Part shown: one piece after another, positions 23,873 through 33,700 of the stretch
Layout of the letters: each line of letters starts with the position of its first letter
Position numbering within the stretch: the stretch's first letter is position 1
Assembly (NCBI RefSeq): GCF_000142905.1
Contig: NW_013657661.1
Coordinates: 124,001 to 188,000, forward strand
Origin: Thecamonas trahens ATCC 50062
Taxonomy: Eukaryota > Protista > Apusomonadida
Length of the DNA stretch: 64,000 nt
Direction: 5' to 3'
Notes under the pieces: generated by a model
Told to the model about the DNA's origin: nothing
The model's input: the letters and a program-made list of their open reading frames with translations, nothing else
The model's database searches: none
Translations under genes and position numbers: made by a program

Positions 23873-25006
23873 CTAAAGTTGACCATCTGTCACCAGAGCT
23901 TGACGGAGGAAGCGGGGCACAAACGCGCGTGCGAACAAGTCGACCGACCGCTCGCCGGCATCAGCGCCGGGTGCGGTCTGGAGGGCGCGGATGTGTAGGA
24001 CCGGGTCAGCAGCATCCGCGTTGGAAGCGAGAACGTTGCGGAGGCGGAGCAAGCCGAGGGCCATGCCCGAGTCGATCGAAGCAGAGCCGACACGGCCGAC
24101 GGCTTTGGACGAGTCGGCGAGGGTGATGCGGGTATCGGGAGCAAGGTGCAGGCGCGGAAGGTCGAGGCGGGCCGCACCAGTGGCGACGAGCTCGTTGGGC
24201 GAGGTAGCCTCGAGCTGTGCTCGCGTTGGCAGCGTATCGGGAGACGGCGCGAGGGCCAGAGGCAGGATGCGCTTGCGAATCGCACCGCGGGCGTGCGTCC
24301 GCGCAATCAGCTCCTGGCCAACGTAGCAGCCCTTGGTGAGCGAGAGCGCCGAGAGCGCGTCAAGCGACATCTCGGGCGCAAGCGCCTTGTTGGGCGGAAA
24401 GTCGGCCCAGGTCTCCGGCAAGCCGAGTGCAACCCGGTGAGCGAGATACGCCGCCGGCTCGGCACCGTCGATGGTGCCGTCGAGGGCATCGAGCTCGGCA
24501 ATGCCGCGGCCGCCCATGCGCGGGTCGCGCGGATCGACCACGCCATCCCCGCCAGACAGCGCGGCGTATACCCCGAGCTCGTCCGCCTCGGCAATGCTAA
24601 CCTTGGCGCGGAGCTTGTACCGGGCAAGGACGCGGAGGAGCGCAGGGAGCGACTCAGACGCCACGTCCAGCGCAAAGCGCGAGCCGTCGCTGGAGCGAAA
24701 GACAAACAGATCAAAGAGCATGCGGCCCTTGGACGACAGAATGGCCGAGTACGCCGCACCACCGGGCACAATAGCCTCAACGTCGACGGTCGCCACGCCT
24801 TGCAGAAACTCTTCTGCATCACGATCAAAGACCTCGACTACCTTGCGATGCGAGAGCAGCGTCCGTCCGCCGCCGCCAGCCACCGCCGCAACATCGCTTG
24901 CCGCCACATCGCTTGTCACTGACATCAGTCGTGCCCACGACCTGCTCCTGCCAGCTACTTGCGCCACACGGGTCACCGCTGTCGCCGCCAAAGGCCACCG
25001 CAGCAT
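23873..25006 (-). CDS. IBA57: Mitochondrial Fe-S cluster assembly factor IBA57/CAF17 (YgfZ family)
   Basis: KGCYVGQELIARTH signature; FLQG, ILSSKGRMLFD, YKLRAKV, DPR. Arg-rich presequence MLRWPLAATAVTRVAQVAGRSRSWARLMS. Confidence 0.95.
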   Translation of the reverse strand: MLRWPLAATAVTRVAQVAGRSRSWARLMSVTSDVAASDVAAVAGGGGRTLLSHRKVVEVFDRDAEEFLQGVATVDVEAIVPGGAAYSAILSSKGRMLFDLFVFRSSDGSRFALDVASESLPALLRVLARYKLRAKVSIAEADELGVYAALSGGDGVVDPRDPRMGGRGIAELDALDGTIDGAEPAAYLAHRVALGLPETWADFPPNKALAPEMSLDALSALSLTKGCYVGQELIARTHARGAIRKRILPLALAPSPDTLPTRAQLEATSPNELVATGAARLDLPRLHLAPDTRITLADSSKAVGRVGSASIDSGMALGLLRLRNVLASNADAADPVLHIRALQTAPGADAGERSVDLFARAFVPRFLRQALVTDGQL

Positions 25007-25369
25007 GGTTGAGCGAGTGGGGTGGAAGGGCATGAGGGGGTTCATAGCTGGGGGGGGAGCGGCGTGGGCGTCAAACCTGAGCGCGTCAATGATCGGGGTC
25101 GTGATCATGATGCGTCCCAGCCGGCTCGAGGCACAAACAGCATGACGACAGCAACCACAGACATACCGGGAGACAAGAGCTTGATGTGTAGTACGGTACG
25201 CTGCAACTACGATCAAGGTACATCATCCTCGATATAGTCCCGCGATGAATGCAACCACGAGCGACAAGGCGTGAAGTCCATCGCCCTTGGCAGCACACGC
25301 CGGCTCGGCAGACACTGGCACCATCACCCACTCAACTCACAGGCGACGAGTTAGTGCAGACAAAGGATA

Positions 25370-26329
25370 ATGTCAGTCATTATGGGCTCAAAGACGGGGT
25401 GGGTGGCTGTCTCGCTCGAGGCACTGAACCGGCATCGGGTGCTGGTGGCGGCAGTGGCGTCCGAGGTAGTGCTGGCGCCGCTACTGCGGCTGCGTGTGGT
25501 GCTGGCGACCGAGGACATGGCGGATGCTGGTGGGAAGAATGCCGTGGAGAAGCCGCCGCGTTCGGCGCGTGAGCTGATGCGGAAGATGTGGGAGGAAGAC
25601 GGATGGGCTGGCCTGTGGCGGACGGTGCCGGTGCGGATTGTAGGCACAATGGTCCGGCATGCTGTGCGCCAGCTGGCGTATCCGATGTGGCGGGCGCGGC
25701 TCGCGACCGATCAGTCCAAGTTGGCGTGGGTCATGCTCTTCTCATGCACACTTGCCACCGAGCGCCTCGCTGTCCACCCCATCTTTACGATTGCGGACGT
25801 GTACGCTGTCGAGTCCCGGGTCGCGACGTATAGGCGGTACGGGCAGGCCGGCGAGACCATGGCGGCCGAGGACGAGGCTGCGGCCGACGGCTCGGGGCTC
25901 GCTGCCCGGCTTGCACGCCGGGTGCCAGTTCTTGGCGTTGCGCGCAAGGTGCACGCGTCGGGCGGGCTCGCCGCGCTCTATGCCGGCGTTGGCGGGTACC
26001 TGGCACTGGACGTGGTCAACGCTGTGGTGCTGGCAATGATCGACTCGTACTCGCTGCGGATGGCGGTGTCGACGCTGACGTCGCTTGCGTTGGCCAGCCC
26101 GATGTTTGCGGTCGGCTCTCGGCTGCGGCTGGACTCGTCACGCCCGCTGGAGCTGCAGCGGTACTCGCAGGCGTCGCTCGCGCCGTCGCTCGATGTGCTC
26201 GCCGACGTGCTCGATCACAAGGGTATGGTCTACCTGTACCGAGGGGCATGGCTGACTGTGGCAGTCCGGTCTGTCCGTGTCCTGATTGTGCGCGGGATTA
26301 CGGCCGCGGTGGCGGCAGTCTCGCCGTGA
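25370..26329 (+). CDS. Divergent mitochondrial carrier (SLC25) family protein
   Basis: Three repeats with P-h-x-x-h..(D/G/K)G..h(W/Y)(R/A)(G/T): APLLRLR..EDGWAGLWRT; HPIFTIA..GGLAALYAG; SPMFAVGSRL..KGMVYLYRG. Confidence 0.75.
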   Translation: MSVIMGSKTGWVAVSLEALNRHRVLVAAVASEVVLAPLLRLRVVLATEDMADAGGKNAVEKPPRSARELMRKMWEEDGWAGLWRTVPVRIVGTMVRHAVRQLAYPMWRARLATDQSKLAWVMLFSCTLATERLAVHPIFTIADVYAVESRVATYRRYGQAGETMAAEDEAAADGSGLAARLARRVPVLGVARKVHASGGLAALYAGVGGYLALDVVNAVVLAMIDSYSLRMAVSTLTSLALASPMFAVGSRLRLDSSRPLELQRYSQASLAPSLDVLADVLDHKGMVYLYRGAWLTVAVRSVRVLIVRGITAAVAAVSP

Positions 26330-26395
26330 GCAAGCAGAGGCGCAGGCCGCGCAGCGCTGGGTTCATTGTCGCTACAGCTGGCTAGAGCGGGGGCG

Positions 26396-27826
26396 TCAAA
26401 GGCGAATGGCGTTGACGGTCTTGAGCTCGTCGATGGTTGCCGAGCCGGTGGAGAACATGGCGACCTGGAGCTCCTTCTGCATGCGGCGGAGAAGAGCCTC
26501 GACGGCGTCGGCCGACTCGAGCGAGGCGTCGAGGAAGGGCTTGGCGGCAGTGGCGTACGAGGCGCCGAGGGTGAGCGCCTTGGCGATCTGAATGCCGTTG
26601 CGGATGCCGCCACCGGCGATGAGCTGCAGACCCTCGATGTCGCGGCAGGAGATGATGGACTGGTCGGTGGGGAGGCCCATGTCGCGGGTAATGTACCCGA
26701 GGTTGGTCTCCGGGTCGTAGTTGGGCTGGCGGTAGCCCTCGATCCACGACCACGACGAGCCGCCGACGCCTGCCACGTCGATGACCTTGACGCCGATCTG
26801 GGCAAGGGCCTCGGCCGACTCGGGGTCCATGCCGTGGCCGACCTCCTTGACGATGACCGGAACCGAGATCTTGGGCAGCAGCTCCTCGAGCTTGGAGAGG
26901 AGGCCGGCAAAGTTGACGTCGCCCTCGGGCTGAACAGCCTCCTGCAGCGGGTTGACATGGATAAACAGGCCGTCCGCGCCGACCGAGTCGATAATGTTGG
27001 CGATCTCGTCCGCGCCAAACCCGTAGTTGAGCTGCACAATGCCAATGTTGGCAAACATCGGCACGTCCGGCGCATGCTCCTTGACGTCAAACGACTCGAC
27101 CATCTGCGGGTAGCGGTTGATGATTCGCATCGAACCGAGGCCGAACGGGACGCCCATCTTGTTGCACGCCTTGGCCACATTGGTGTTGATCGTCCGCCCG
27201 TGCTCCTCACCGCCGGTCATTGACGACACGATAAACGGCATGGCGATGTCCCAGTCGAACAGCTTGGTCTCGGTGCTGACTGCATTCATGTCGATCTCCG
27301 GCAGCGCCCTAGGAACCGAATCGAAGCAGATGCAACGTGAGTTCCTCGCTCCCAACTGTCCGAGCTTCCTCTCCTTGCTCCTCATGTCGTGACGTGACGC
27401 CACTGTTTGCATGCTGCATGCGCCTTGTCCACAAAGACTACCAGAGCAGCAGTCTGCAACGGGGAGGGGGGGGGGGGGCGAGAGGCGGGAGAACAGAGGA
27501 AAAAATGGCGAGGAAGGCGGAGGAAGGCGAGGGGGGGGGGGGGGGAGAGGGGAGAGGGGATGGGGAATGATGACGTACTTGTAGGGAAGGCGATAGTTGT
27601 CGAGGGAGCACTCTGCAGGCTCGACATCCTTGTTGAGGCAGATGTCAATGTGGTCTTTCTTCCGCTGGGAGAGAACGTCCAGAGCATCTCCGTCGTCGTT
27701 CAGGAGGAACTCCAGTTTGTCCATGTCCGAAGCTGCACTGCCTGTCCCGCTTCCAAGGCATCCAGCTGCGCTGCTGAGGCCACGCACAACAGCACTTCCT
27801 CCAGTACGGCTCACAACACGGAACAT
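26396..27826 (-). CDS. fni: Type-2 (FMN-dependent) isopentenyl-diphosphate delta-isomerase with N-terminal presequence; in-frame intron 27309-27578
   Basis: [68 protein letters not shown]. The 270-nt gtacgt...cctag intron restores YKALPEID. Confidence 0.95.
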   Translation of the reverse strand: MFRVVSRTGGSAVVRGLSSAAGCLGSGTGSAASDMDKLEFLLNDDGDALDVLSQRKKDHIDICLNKDVEPAECSLDNYRLPYKYVIIPHPLSPLPPPPPRLPPPSSPFFPLFSRLSPPPPLPVADCCSGSLCGQGACSMQTVASRHDMRSKERKLGQLGARNSRCICFDSVPRALPEIDMNAVSTETKLFDWDIAMPFIVSSMTGGEEHGRTINTNVAKACNKMGVPFGLGSMRIINRYPQMVESFDVKEHAPDVPMFANIGIVQLNYGFGADEIANIIDSVGADGLFIHVNPLQEAVQPEGDVNFAGLLSKLEELLPKISVPVIVKEVGHGMDPESAEALAQIGVKVIDVAGVGGSSWSWIEGYRQPNYDPETNLGYITRDMGLPTDQSIISCRDIEGLQLIAGGGIRNGIQIAKALTLGASYATAAKPFLDASLESADAVEALLRRMQKELQVAMFSTGSATIDELKTVNAIRL

Positions 27827-27978
27827 ATTGGTCAATTGAGAGTGGTGAGAGAGTGAAAGAGAGAGGTGGGGACGCAGAGGGAGGTACAGGAACAGCACCA
27901 GTGAGTCAGGTGAGAAACAGGCCACTTTGCCCAACTGGTTCAGTTCGACCCACTGGCCCAAGCCAGACTCTCTGACTC

Positions 27979-28037
27979 GCCGAACCGCCGAACCGCCACC
28001 GAACCGCCGAACCGCCGAACCGCCGAACCGCCGAACC
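27979..28037. repeat. (GCCGAACC)n-like tandem repeat in the divergent IDI-2/FYVE intergenic region, followed by a CCAAT box at ~28073
   Basis: About 6 copies of ccgaaccg with ~9-bp period; ggccaatcag downstream. Confidence 0.8.
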
Positions 28038-28177
28038 GGGCGTGACACGGTGTTGGTGCGAGTCGGGCCGGGCCAATCAGTCCAAGTGGCAATCAACCCA
28101 AACCCCTCCAACCCACCGAGCGAGACATTCTTTGTGGTACCGCTACCCCCCCCCCCCTCCCGCCACACCACCCACCT

Positions 28178-28277
28178 NNNNNNNNNNNNNNNNNNNNNNN
28201 NNNNNNNNNNNNNNNNNNNNNNNNNNNNNNNNNNNNNNNNNNNNNNNNNNNNNNNNNNNNNNNNNNNNNNNNNNNNN
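28178..28277. other. Assembly gap (100 N)
   Basis: Run of N. Confidence 1.
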
Positions 28278-28360
28278 TCCCCCTAACACACACACCTCAC
28301 CACACACACACTCTCACACACACACTCTCTCTCACCCACCACACACACACACATACAGCC

Positions 28361-30436
28361 ATGGCTGCACCGGGCGGAAGGTCCGGAGCAGGCAGGCGTG
28401 GGGTGGTGGACGTGACGCCTGGACTGACGGGCCCCGAGGCACTGCGGCCGGTCTGGGTCGACGACAAGCAGGCCTCCGAGTGCTTCAAGTGTGGCCTGCT
28501 CTTCTCACTCTTCCGATGGAAGCACCACTGCCGCCAGTGTGGCGCTGTCTTCTGTAACTCGTGCTCCAACAAGCGCATCCCCCTCCCTCATCTCGGGTAC
28601 CACGAGCCTGTTCGCATCTGCCTCGACTGCATCCAGCTCGCCTATCTCGTCTCCTGCACTGCGTCCAACAACCCGACCGTGGCCTCGCACGGCGCCGTCG
28701 GCCTCGCTCAGCTCTCGGCTGACCCGGCGCTTCACGAGCGCCTCTTGCGCGCTGCTGCGCTCCCGGCCCTCGTCGCTCTCGTCGACGCTGGCGCCCCGGC
28801 CCTCAAGGTCCACGCCACGGGCGCCATCGCTAACCTCGCCCAGGTCCCCGACATGCACTCGCATCTCCTCCGCACAGGCGTCCTAGCTCCGCTCCTCGGC
28901 GTCCTCCGCGGAGGCCTCTCGCAACTCTCGCCGCAGCTGGTCCACAACGTGCTCGGCGCAGCCTCGAACCTCGCCCTCGGCGCACCCGCACGCGCCCCGC
29001 TGGTCGACGCAGGCTGCATCCCGCTCCTCACGGACGCTCTCTTTGTGCCCGACCAGGAGCTTGCTTCGCTGGCGCTGCGCACTGCTTGCGCGCTCGCCGC
29101 CGACCCGCCGCTCGCCCGCATGTTCATCCAGGACGACTCGGGCGTCACCTTTCGCCGCATCCTCTCGCTCATCACCTCGGTCGCGCCCAAGCCGCTCCTC
29201 AAGCTCCTTGCCAAGTTCCTCGCTCACGTCTCGCTTGTCGACGATGCCCTCAAGGTCCGCATGCTCGAGCTCGGCACCCTCCCGCCGCTCCAAGCACTTG
29301 CCCTTGTCCGTTCGAAGGGCATCGTCACCCTCGCCGTCTGCGCACTCGCAAACCTGGCCTCGGTCGACGACAACCGCGAGTTTGTCGGCTCGGCACAGGG
29401 CCTCAAGCTCCTCTGGCGCCTTCTCCTCCGCGGCAAGTCGACAGACATTGTCCGCCACGCCTCGCGTGCCCTCGCCAACCTCGCCCTCAACGACACCGTC
29501 AAGCTCCGCATGCTCCACTCCTCTGCACAGCTCTTCCCGCGCCTCCTTCAGCTCCTCTCACTCACGCCACACCCAGACGTTGTCCTCAACACCCTTCGCA
29601 TCATGGCTAACCTTGCCCTCCTCCCGCTCGGCGCCGTCCTCCTCACCCAATCCGGCCCGCAGCCCCTGCTGCTCGAGCACTCGACCTCAGACGACGAGGC
29701 CGTCCGCTCCTGTGCCTCGTTTGCTCTCTCGCGACTCATTCCTCCCACAACAACGCCGGACTCGGCACCCGAGCTCGCCGCCGCCTTTGCTGCGGCTGCC
29801 TCCATCCGCTCCGCCTCCAGGCGTCGCAAGACCTCGCTCAACCGAGAGCCCGCCGACTCGGCCTCAGTCTCGAGCTCGTCGCTCCCGCAGGCTGGCTCGT
29901 CGTCGCTCGCCTCGCCGACCGCAAGCCCGGCCGTGCCCGGCGGTACCACCCCGCGCTCGGTCCCACACATCACAAAGTACGACCTCGCCGCTCTCGAAGG
30001 CCCAGCAGACTCGTCGCCAGAATCGGTTGCCTCTTCGCACACCTCGTCCACCGTCTCGTCGCTCACCTCCAACTCGACCCTCTTTTCAGACTCGGACCCG
30101 TTTGCGCTCCCGCGCGCCTCGCCACGCCGCCGTGCCCGCCCGCGCCACCGCTCTCCCGGCTACGTCGGCGTCACACTCTCCGCAAGATCCGCCACCCCCA
30201 CCTTTACCCCCATCCTTCCCACCCTCGACACCCGCAAGACAGGCACTTCGCTCGGCACCTCCGACTCGCCAACCGCAAGCGGTGGCCATTCGCCGCTTCC
30301 GCCGCTTCCGTCCCCGGCGTCAACCACCTCCACCGACCGCTCCCGCAAGGCCGCAGGTCGTCCCGGTCCCGCACCGTCCTCGGTCACCCCGCCGATCCCT
30401 CGCGTCGCTCGACACCCCGTCATCGCTCCCGTCTGA
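28361..30436 (+). CDS. FYVE zinc finger + armadillo-repeat protein; may extend to 30784
   Basis: WVDD..CFKC..FSLFRWKHHCRQCGAVFCNSCS..VRICLDC; ARM repeats (HATGAIANLA, ALANLA); Ser/Pro-rich tail. Confidence 0.9.
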   Translation: MAAPGGRSGAGRRGVVDVTPGLTGPEALRPVWVDDKQASECFKCGLLFSLFRWKHHCRQCGAVFCNSCSNKRIPLPHLGYHEPVRICLDCIQLAYLVSCTASNNPTVASHGAVGLAQLSADPALHERLLRAAALPALVALVDAGAPALKVHATGAIANLAQVPDMHSHLLRTGVLAPLLGVLRGGLSQLSPQLVHNVLGAASNLALGAPARAPLVDAGCIPLLTDALFVPDQELASLALRTACALAADPPLARMFIQDDSGVTFRRILSLITSVAPKPLLKLLAKFLAHVSLVDDALKVRMLELGTLPPLQALALVRSKGIVTLAVCALANLASVDDNREFVGSAQGLKLLWRLLLRGKSTDIVRHASRALANLALNDTVKLRMLHSSAQLFPRLLQLLSLTPHPDVVLNTLRIMANLALLPLGAVLLTQSGPQPLLLEHSTSDDEAVRSCASFALSRLIPPTTTPDSAPELAAAFAAAASIRSASRRRKTSLNREPADSASVSSSSLPQAGSSSLASPTASPAVPGGTTPRSVPHITKYDLAALEGPADSSPESVASSHTSSTVSSLTSNSTLFSDSDPFALPRASPRRRARPRHRSPGYVGVTLSARSATPTFTPILPTLDTRKTGTSLGTSDSPTASGGHSPLPPLPSPASTTSTDRSRKAAGRPGPAPSSVTPPIPRVARHPVIAPV

Positions 30437-30523
30437 AGAGGCCTCGGGCTCGACCGCCTCGACCGCCACCAACACCACGCCGCAGTTTCATTTCGACGAT
30501 GATCTGCCCACTGGTCTCCCGCA

Positions 30524-30605
30524 GGCCTGCCCACAGGCCTGCCCACAGGCCTGCCCACAGGCCTGCCTACAGGTCTGCCTACAGGTCTGCCTACAGGTCT
30601 CCCCA
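30524..30605 (+). repeat. 12-bp tandem repeat (GGCCTGCCCACA)n, would encode (GLPT)n
   Basis: About 7 copies with synonymous-type variation in the GLPT frame. Confidence 0.85.
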
Positions 30606-30784
30606 CCGCCTCGCCCGCGGGCCTGCCCACTGATGGGCCGCCCGGGGGCCCGGCCTCCCAACCTAGCCTCCCGCCGCCAGCCGCCATGACCGCCACCACA
30701 GCCGTTCCGGCCTCGCCGCAGCCGCAGCCGTCGCCGCAGCTAGCGTCGCCGCCGCTCCCGCCTTCCACTGCCTCGTCGCCGTGA

Positions 30785-33700
30785 CTATGCCTCCAACCAC
30801 GCAAGGCCGTCGCCAACAAGCCGTGCCCGGCCGTGAGCGCCGGCCCGTGCCCTAGATGACGGCAGTCGCATGCTCAGCACCCCGCTCGTCCCGCCGCCAG
30901 TCATCAGAAACTCAGCCGCCAGTAGCGGGTCGTTGCTGGTCACCACACACTCGTCAAACGCATCCCACGACGTCACTTCGGTCTCGTTCGGCACGCCGGG
31001 CCGCAGTCCGTCGGCCGCCGCCAGCTCCGAAGCCTCACTGCTCTCCACAAGCCACGTCCACGGCGCAGGGCCGAGCACGTTGGGCCGGTGCCGCCAAAAG
31101 TTGATGAGGAGTGTGACCCGCTTTGCCGAGCTCGGCGGATCGTCATGCGCCACTCCGTGGATGAGCCGTCCGTCAAACGCAAGCATTCGGCCGAGCCGGG
31201 GCCACACCACCGCGCCTGATGACGGGCTTGCTGGCTCGAGGCGGAACGGATCGTAATCGCCACCACTCGGCGCCACGCTCGCGTTGTACACCACAGTCGG
31301 TCCGCCGACGTCCGTCAGGTACAGCACCGTCGAGACCAGTGGGTGCATGCTGAGTGTCGTCTCCTCGCGCCCCTCGGCACAGTCGGCGTGAAAGTGGAGC
31401 ACGTTGTCGGCAGCTCGATCCTGAATCCACCACTCGCCGCCGGCCCACTCGTCGTCATTGAGGCCGAGCACCTGCGCCGCCCGGTGCATCAGTCGGTGCA
31501 GCAGCGAGACCCGTGCTTCGGTTCGCGAAACAAACGTCCGCTGGATAGCCACGCTGGGGTCATTCTCCACAAACTGCTTCCGTCCCGGCCACGACGCAAA
31601 TGCCAGCAGCGCATCGGCCTCGGCCTCGTCCACAGCGTTGTCGATCGTCAAAACTCGCGGCGCGTGCTCGCCGGCGTGCGCCCGCCACGGCAAGCTCGCC
31701 GCGCTCCACTCGCCACCCGCCACAGCTCTCCCATCAACTCCGATTTCGTACGGACCCCCGGCAATGGCCTCAGGGAGCGGAAACGTCTTGAACGCCGCCC
31801 ACGGTAGGTCCGCAGCCTCGCGCGGGACCACGGTCAAGAGGCCAGCGTCCGAGAGCGCGTGATAGAGCCGCTCCGAGTCGGCATATCCGCACGCGGCTTC
31901 GTCCTTCAGCACTTGCAGCGACGTCTCGAGGTTGCCGCCGTCGACAAAGTTCATCGAGATGCCCACCACATCGTCGAGGTTGACCACTTGGTGCGGAGTG
32001 CCGCCCGGGATGAACATCAGATCGCCAGCTTCCTGGACAACCACCACTGCTTGGGCGTGGGCCTCGCGCATCAGCGGTGTTGCCGTCGGATCCAGATACA
32101 TCAGCGGCGAGGCCTCAAACGTCCCGCGCCGAGACGAAAAGTGCAGCGCAGACCGCGGTGTATCGTGCGGGTACAGAATCCACTTCTTGCGACCCGAGAT
32201 GAGGCCCATCCAGAACGAAGAGCCGAAAGAGTCAATGTGCAGGCCCGAGCCCGATCCGGCCGGCCCCACAAAGAGCGACGGCCATGATGATCGGTACGGC
32301 ACGTCGATCGTGTATGGAATCCGCTGCAAAAAGTCGTTGGCAACGTACTTGGGCACTACAAACTCGTCAAGCATGGCAGGACACATGTATGTCAGCGACG
32401 CGTCGAACACATACGGCAGGCCGGGTGCACGGTAGCCTTCGACGAGACTGCCGTTGCGGAGCGCTTCGATAAACTCGCCGAGACTCATGCTGTCCAGCGA
32501 GGAGAGCGAGGCCCATGTATCCATGTGTGCCCGGTACAGCTTGGGGGTCACCATCGCCCTGCCGCAGGCCGATTGGAGATGAGCATAATCCCAAGGAACA
32601 GTCGTCATGTTCGCCGCGCCTCCGCGGATGACTACTGGCTTGCGCGCGAGCGAGTACTCGCTGTAAAACCGAGAGAACGAGAGCCCAGACGCGATCTCGT
32701 CGGCCGCAGGCTGTGGCTCGGCAAATGGCGGGCACGATGCGTCTGTGCCGGGACTGGAGCAGCCCGCGGCCACCCGTGCCGCCGCTGACGCCCGTTCGTA
32801 GAGGCTGTCAACTAGTTCACGGCATCCGCTCAGCCCGCTCCGTACATCGGCCAGCTTGTCATGCAGCTTATCGGTAGCCTCCCGGCACTCACCAAGCATA
32901 GCCTGGTTGGCAGCCAGCGAGTCGTGGGGCAACTCGGTTCCGCTGCCGAGCAGCCGCAGAGCAAGACGGTCGACCCGGTCTGGCGAGACATCCGACTGGA
33001 ACGCTGGATCTTCGGCGTCGACTGTCGCGAGCAGCTCGAGATTGCCCCGGATCTCGTCCGACTCGGGATTGAAGGTCAAATACGCTTCGCCGGCGGAAAT
33101 GGCCTCGCGCATACGGCCAGAGTGTGCTGACGAGTACAGCAAGTACGAGTACTGCTCGCGAACAAAGAAGCCCACTGGGGCACGCCGCGCTCGCGACTCG
33201 GGCGAGTCCAGATCCAGGAGCTTGGTCAGGATTGGGGACGAGTGTATGCCTGACGCCGGCATTGACAGCGCTTCGGCAGCCCGCGAAGTCATGCTCGCCA
33301 GCTTGGCCTCGTGCTGCTCAAGAAAAAACGTGACCAGCGTGTGGTCCTCCATCGAGTCGGCGAGCAGTGCGGCGGCGAACAGATCGTGCGCACGGAGCCA
33401 GGGCGAGAGCGCGGTCGACGCCCACGGCGCCGAAAGCAGGAATCGAGGGATGTCTTCGTCAAGCAATAGGCTAAGTGAGTCCATGGAGGCGGCTGCAGCA
33501 TCACGGAGCGCCTCGACCTCGACCACAAGCTCGCTTGCAGATCCTGTGCTCTCGCCATCGTCGTCGTCCACGCTCTCCCACACGCACCCGTACACATCGT
33601 CGAGAAACGAGTTGAGCCGTGGCGCGCCCGACGGACTGCACGGCGGAATATGGGCAGCATGATGCGGAGCATGCCTCGGTGCCGGTGCCGGTGATGCGTA

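Noticed and set aside
27827-28171. Upstream extension of the IDI-2 ORF
   Set aside because: Promoter repeats; the ATG at 27826 starts a plausible presequence.
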